64,000 nucleotides of DNA from an uncultured Cellvibrionales bacterium (GTDB lineage Bacteria > Pseudomonadota > Gammaproteobacteria > Pseudomonadales > GM7GCV1), in NCBI GenBank assembly GCA_913063225.1, contig CAJXYP010000001.1, forward strand, positions 57,308 through 121,307, in the 5' to 3' direction. The notes below the pieces were generated by a model. It saw nothing but the letters and a program-made list of their open reading frames with translations, made no database searches and was not told the DNA's origin. A program made the translations under genes and the position numbers. Positions 63,263-64,000 of this stretch are shown piece by piece (the first letter of the stretch is position 1; the number at the start of each line of letters is the position of its first letter).

Positions 63263-63799
63263 CTAAAATTTATTTGGAAATTCTTCTTCAAGCTTTGCGT
63301 AAACCGCCGCTGTCATAGAGTTAGGAGACTCTCGATCTGACGAGGATAACACTAGATCAGCTACCTCCCGATATAGTGGCTCACGTTTTTTCAGAATGTC
63401 TTGAATGGTGGCTTTAGGATTATGCACTTGCAAGAGAGGACGGCCAGAGTCGTGCCGAACCCTTTGATATATTTGATCCGCGGTAGCTGAAAGGTATACC
63501 ACTACACCAGCTCCGCTAATTAATTCCCGGTTTTTCTCAGATATTACTGCACCGCCGCCAGTGGCAAGTAGAATGCCTGACATGGAACATAGCTCGGATA
63601 GAATTTCGGTTTCGCGTGTTCGAAAACCACTTTCTCCTTCGATATCAAATATCCAAGGTATATCTGCGCCGCATCTGGACTCAAGTTCGCGGTCAGAATC
63701 TAGAAAGCTTAAGCCCAGCTTTTCGGCAAGCAATTTCCCGACAGAGGTCTTGCCAGCCCCCATCGGACCAACAAGGACCAAATTGGCCCCTGCGTTCAT
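63263..63799 (-). CDS. aroK: Shikimate kinase
   Basis: It has Walker A motif LVGPMGAGKTSVGK. The start is placed at ATG 63799 (MNAGANLVLVGP...), giving an E. coli-like length. The track ORF extends to 63847. Confidence 0.9.
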   Translation of the reverse strand: MNAGANLVLVGPMGAGKTSVGKLLAEKLGLSFLDSDRELESRCGADIPWIFDIEGESGFRTRETEILSELCSMSGILLATGGGAVISEKNRELISGAGVVVYLSATADQIYQRVRHDSGRPLLQVHNPKATIQDILKKREPLYREVADLVLSSSDRESPNSMTAAVYAKLEEEFPNKF

Positions 63800-64000
63800 T
63801 GAGTTGTTAGGCTGTCGTTCAGAGCGTCTATAGCCTCCTTGCGACAAGCGGCTAATAAAATCTTTACTTGCTCGGAGTTTTCTTCCTGCTCAATAACGGT
63901 AAAGTCGACCGCGACTTCATCAAGGGAGTATGGGATATATTGTTCCGCTTCCATTAGAAGCTGGGTTTCCATCTCATCGCCTGTGAGATCACCGGGCATT
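63796..64000 (-). pseudogene. pilM: Truncated pilM (type IV pilus assembly ATPase-like protein) stump, ending at an ATGA overlap with aroK; its 5' part lies outside the window
   Basis: The translation ...GDEMETQLLMEAEQYIPYSLDEVAVDFTVIEQEENSEQVKILLAACRKEAIDALNDSLTTQ* matches the central PilM signature (EADQYIPYPLEEVAIDF...VLLAACRKE) at about residue 110-165 of a roughly 350-aa protein. It then stops, and no pilN/O/P/Q follows before aroK. Confidence 0.7.

Overview
This window is the replication-origin-proximal core of a gammaproteobacterial chromosome, and its gene order closely follows the Pseudomonas-type layout. The order is: parB-parA-rsmG-mnmG / mnmE-yidC-yidD-rnpA-rpmH / dnaA-dnaN-recF-gyrB; a PlsC-like acyltransferase, glyS-glyQ and lpxL; trkH-trkA-rsmB-fmt-def; a TsaP-like LysM protein, dprA, tsaC, hemF and aroE; a small accessory patch (DUF4399, gamma-CA-like, YheV-like, DUF481 OMP, a decayed thrombospondin-repeat lipoprotein, a MATE pump); a complete aa3-type cytochrome oxidase cluster with assembly genes (coxB-coxA-ctaG-coxC, DUF2909, SURF1, hypothetical, ctaA, cyoE, senC); polA; engB; cytochrome c4; two dsbA paralogs; argS; a KefB/C-type antiporter; a decayed CHASE2 Ser/Thr-kinase/PP2C/FHA module; a DUF938 methyltransferase; cca; and aroB-aroK. 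I found no rRNA, tRNA, CRISPR array, transposase or integrase. I did not find a convincing novel multi-gene system. Four things stand out. (1) The polA-engB spacer, where Spot 42/ErsA sits in other genomes, holds two tandem, related C/U-rich sRNA-like units, the second behind a sigma-E/AlgU-like promoter. (2) Gene decay is tightly focused on surface and signalling loci: a pilM stump abuts aroK where pilMNOPQ is expected, a CHASE2-kinase is broken about 7 times, a PP2C/FHA remnant carries a hexanucleotide microsatellite, a TSP3 lipoprotein has 3 frameshifts, and a TPR paralog has lost its signal peptide by a 1-nt shift. Every housekeeping ORF is intact. (3) Two perfect parS palindromes sit inside recF, and there are two DnaA-box clusters. 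(4) There are several small unexplained repeats: a duplicated aroE 3' end, a 10-bp-periodic array at the ctaA start, and nested inverted repeats. All calls rest on reading the sequence and ORF translations by eye; no searches were run.
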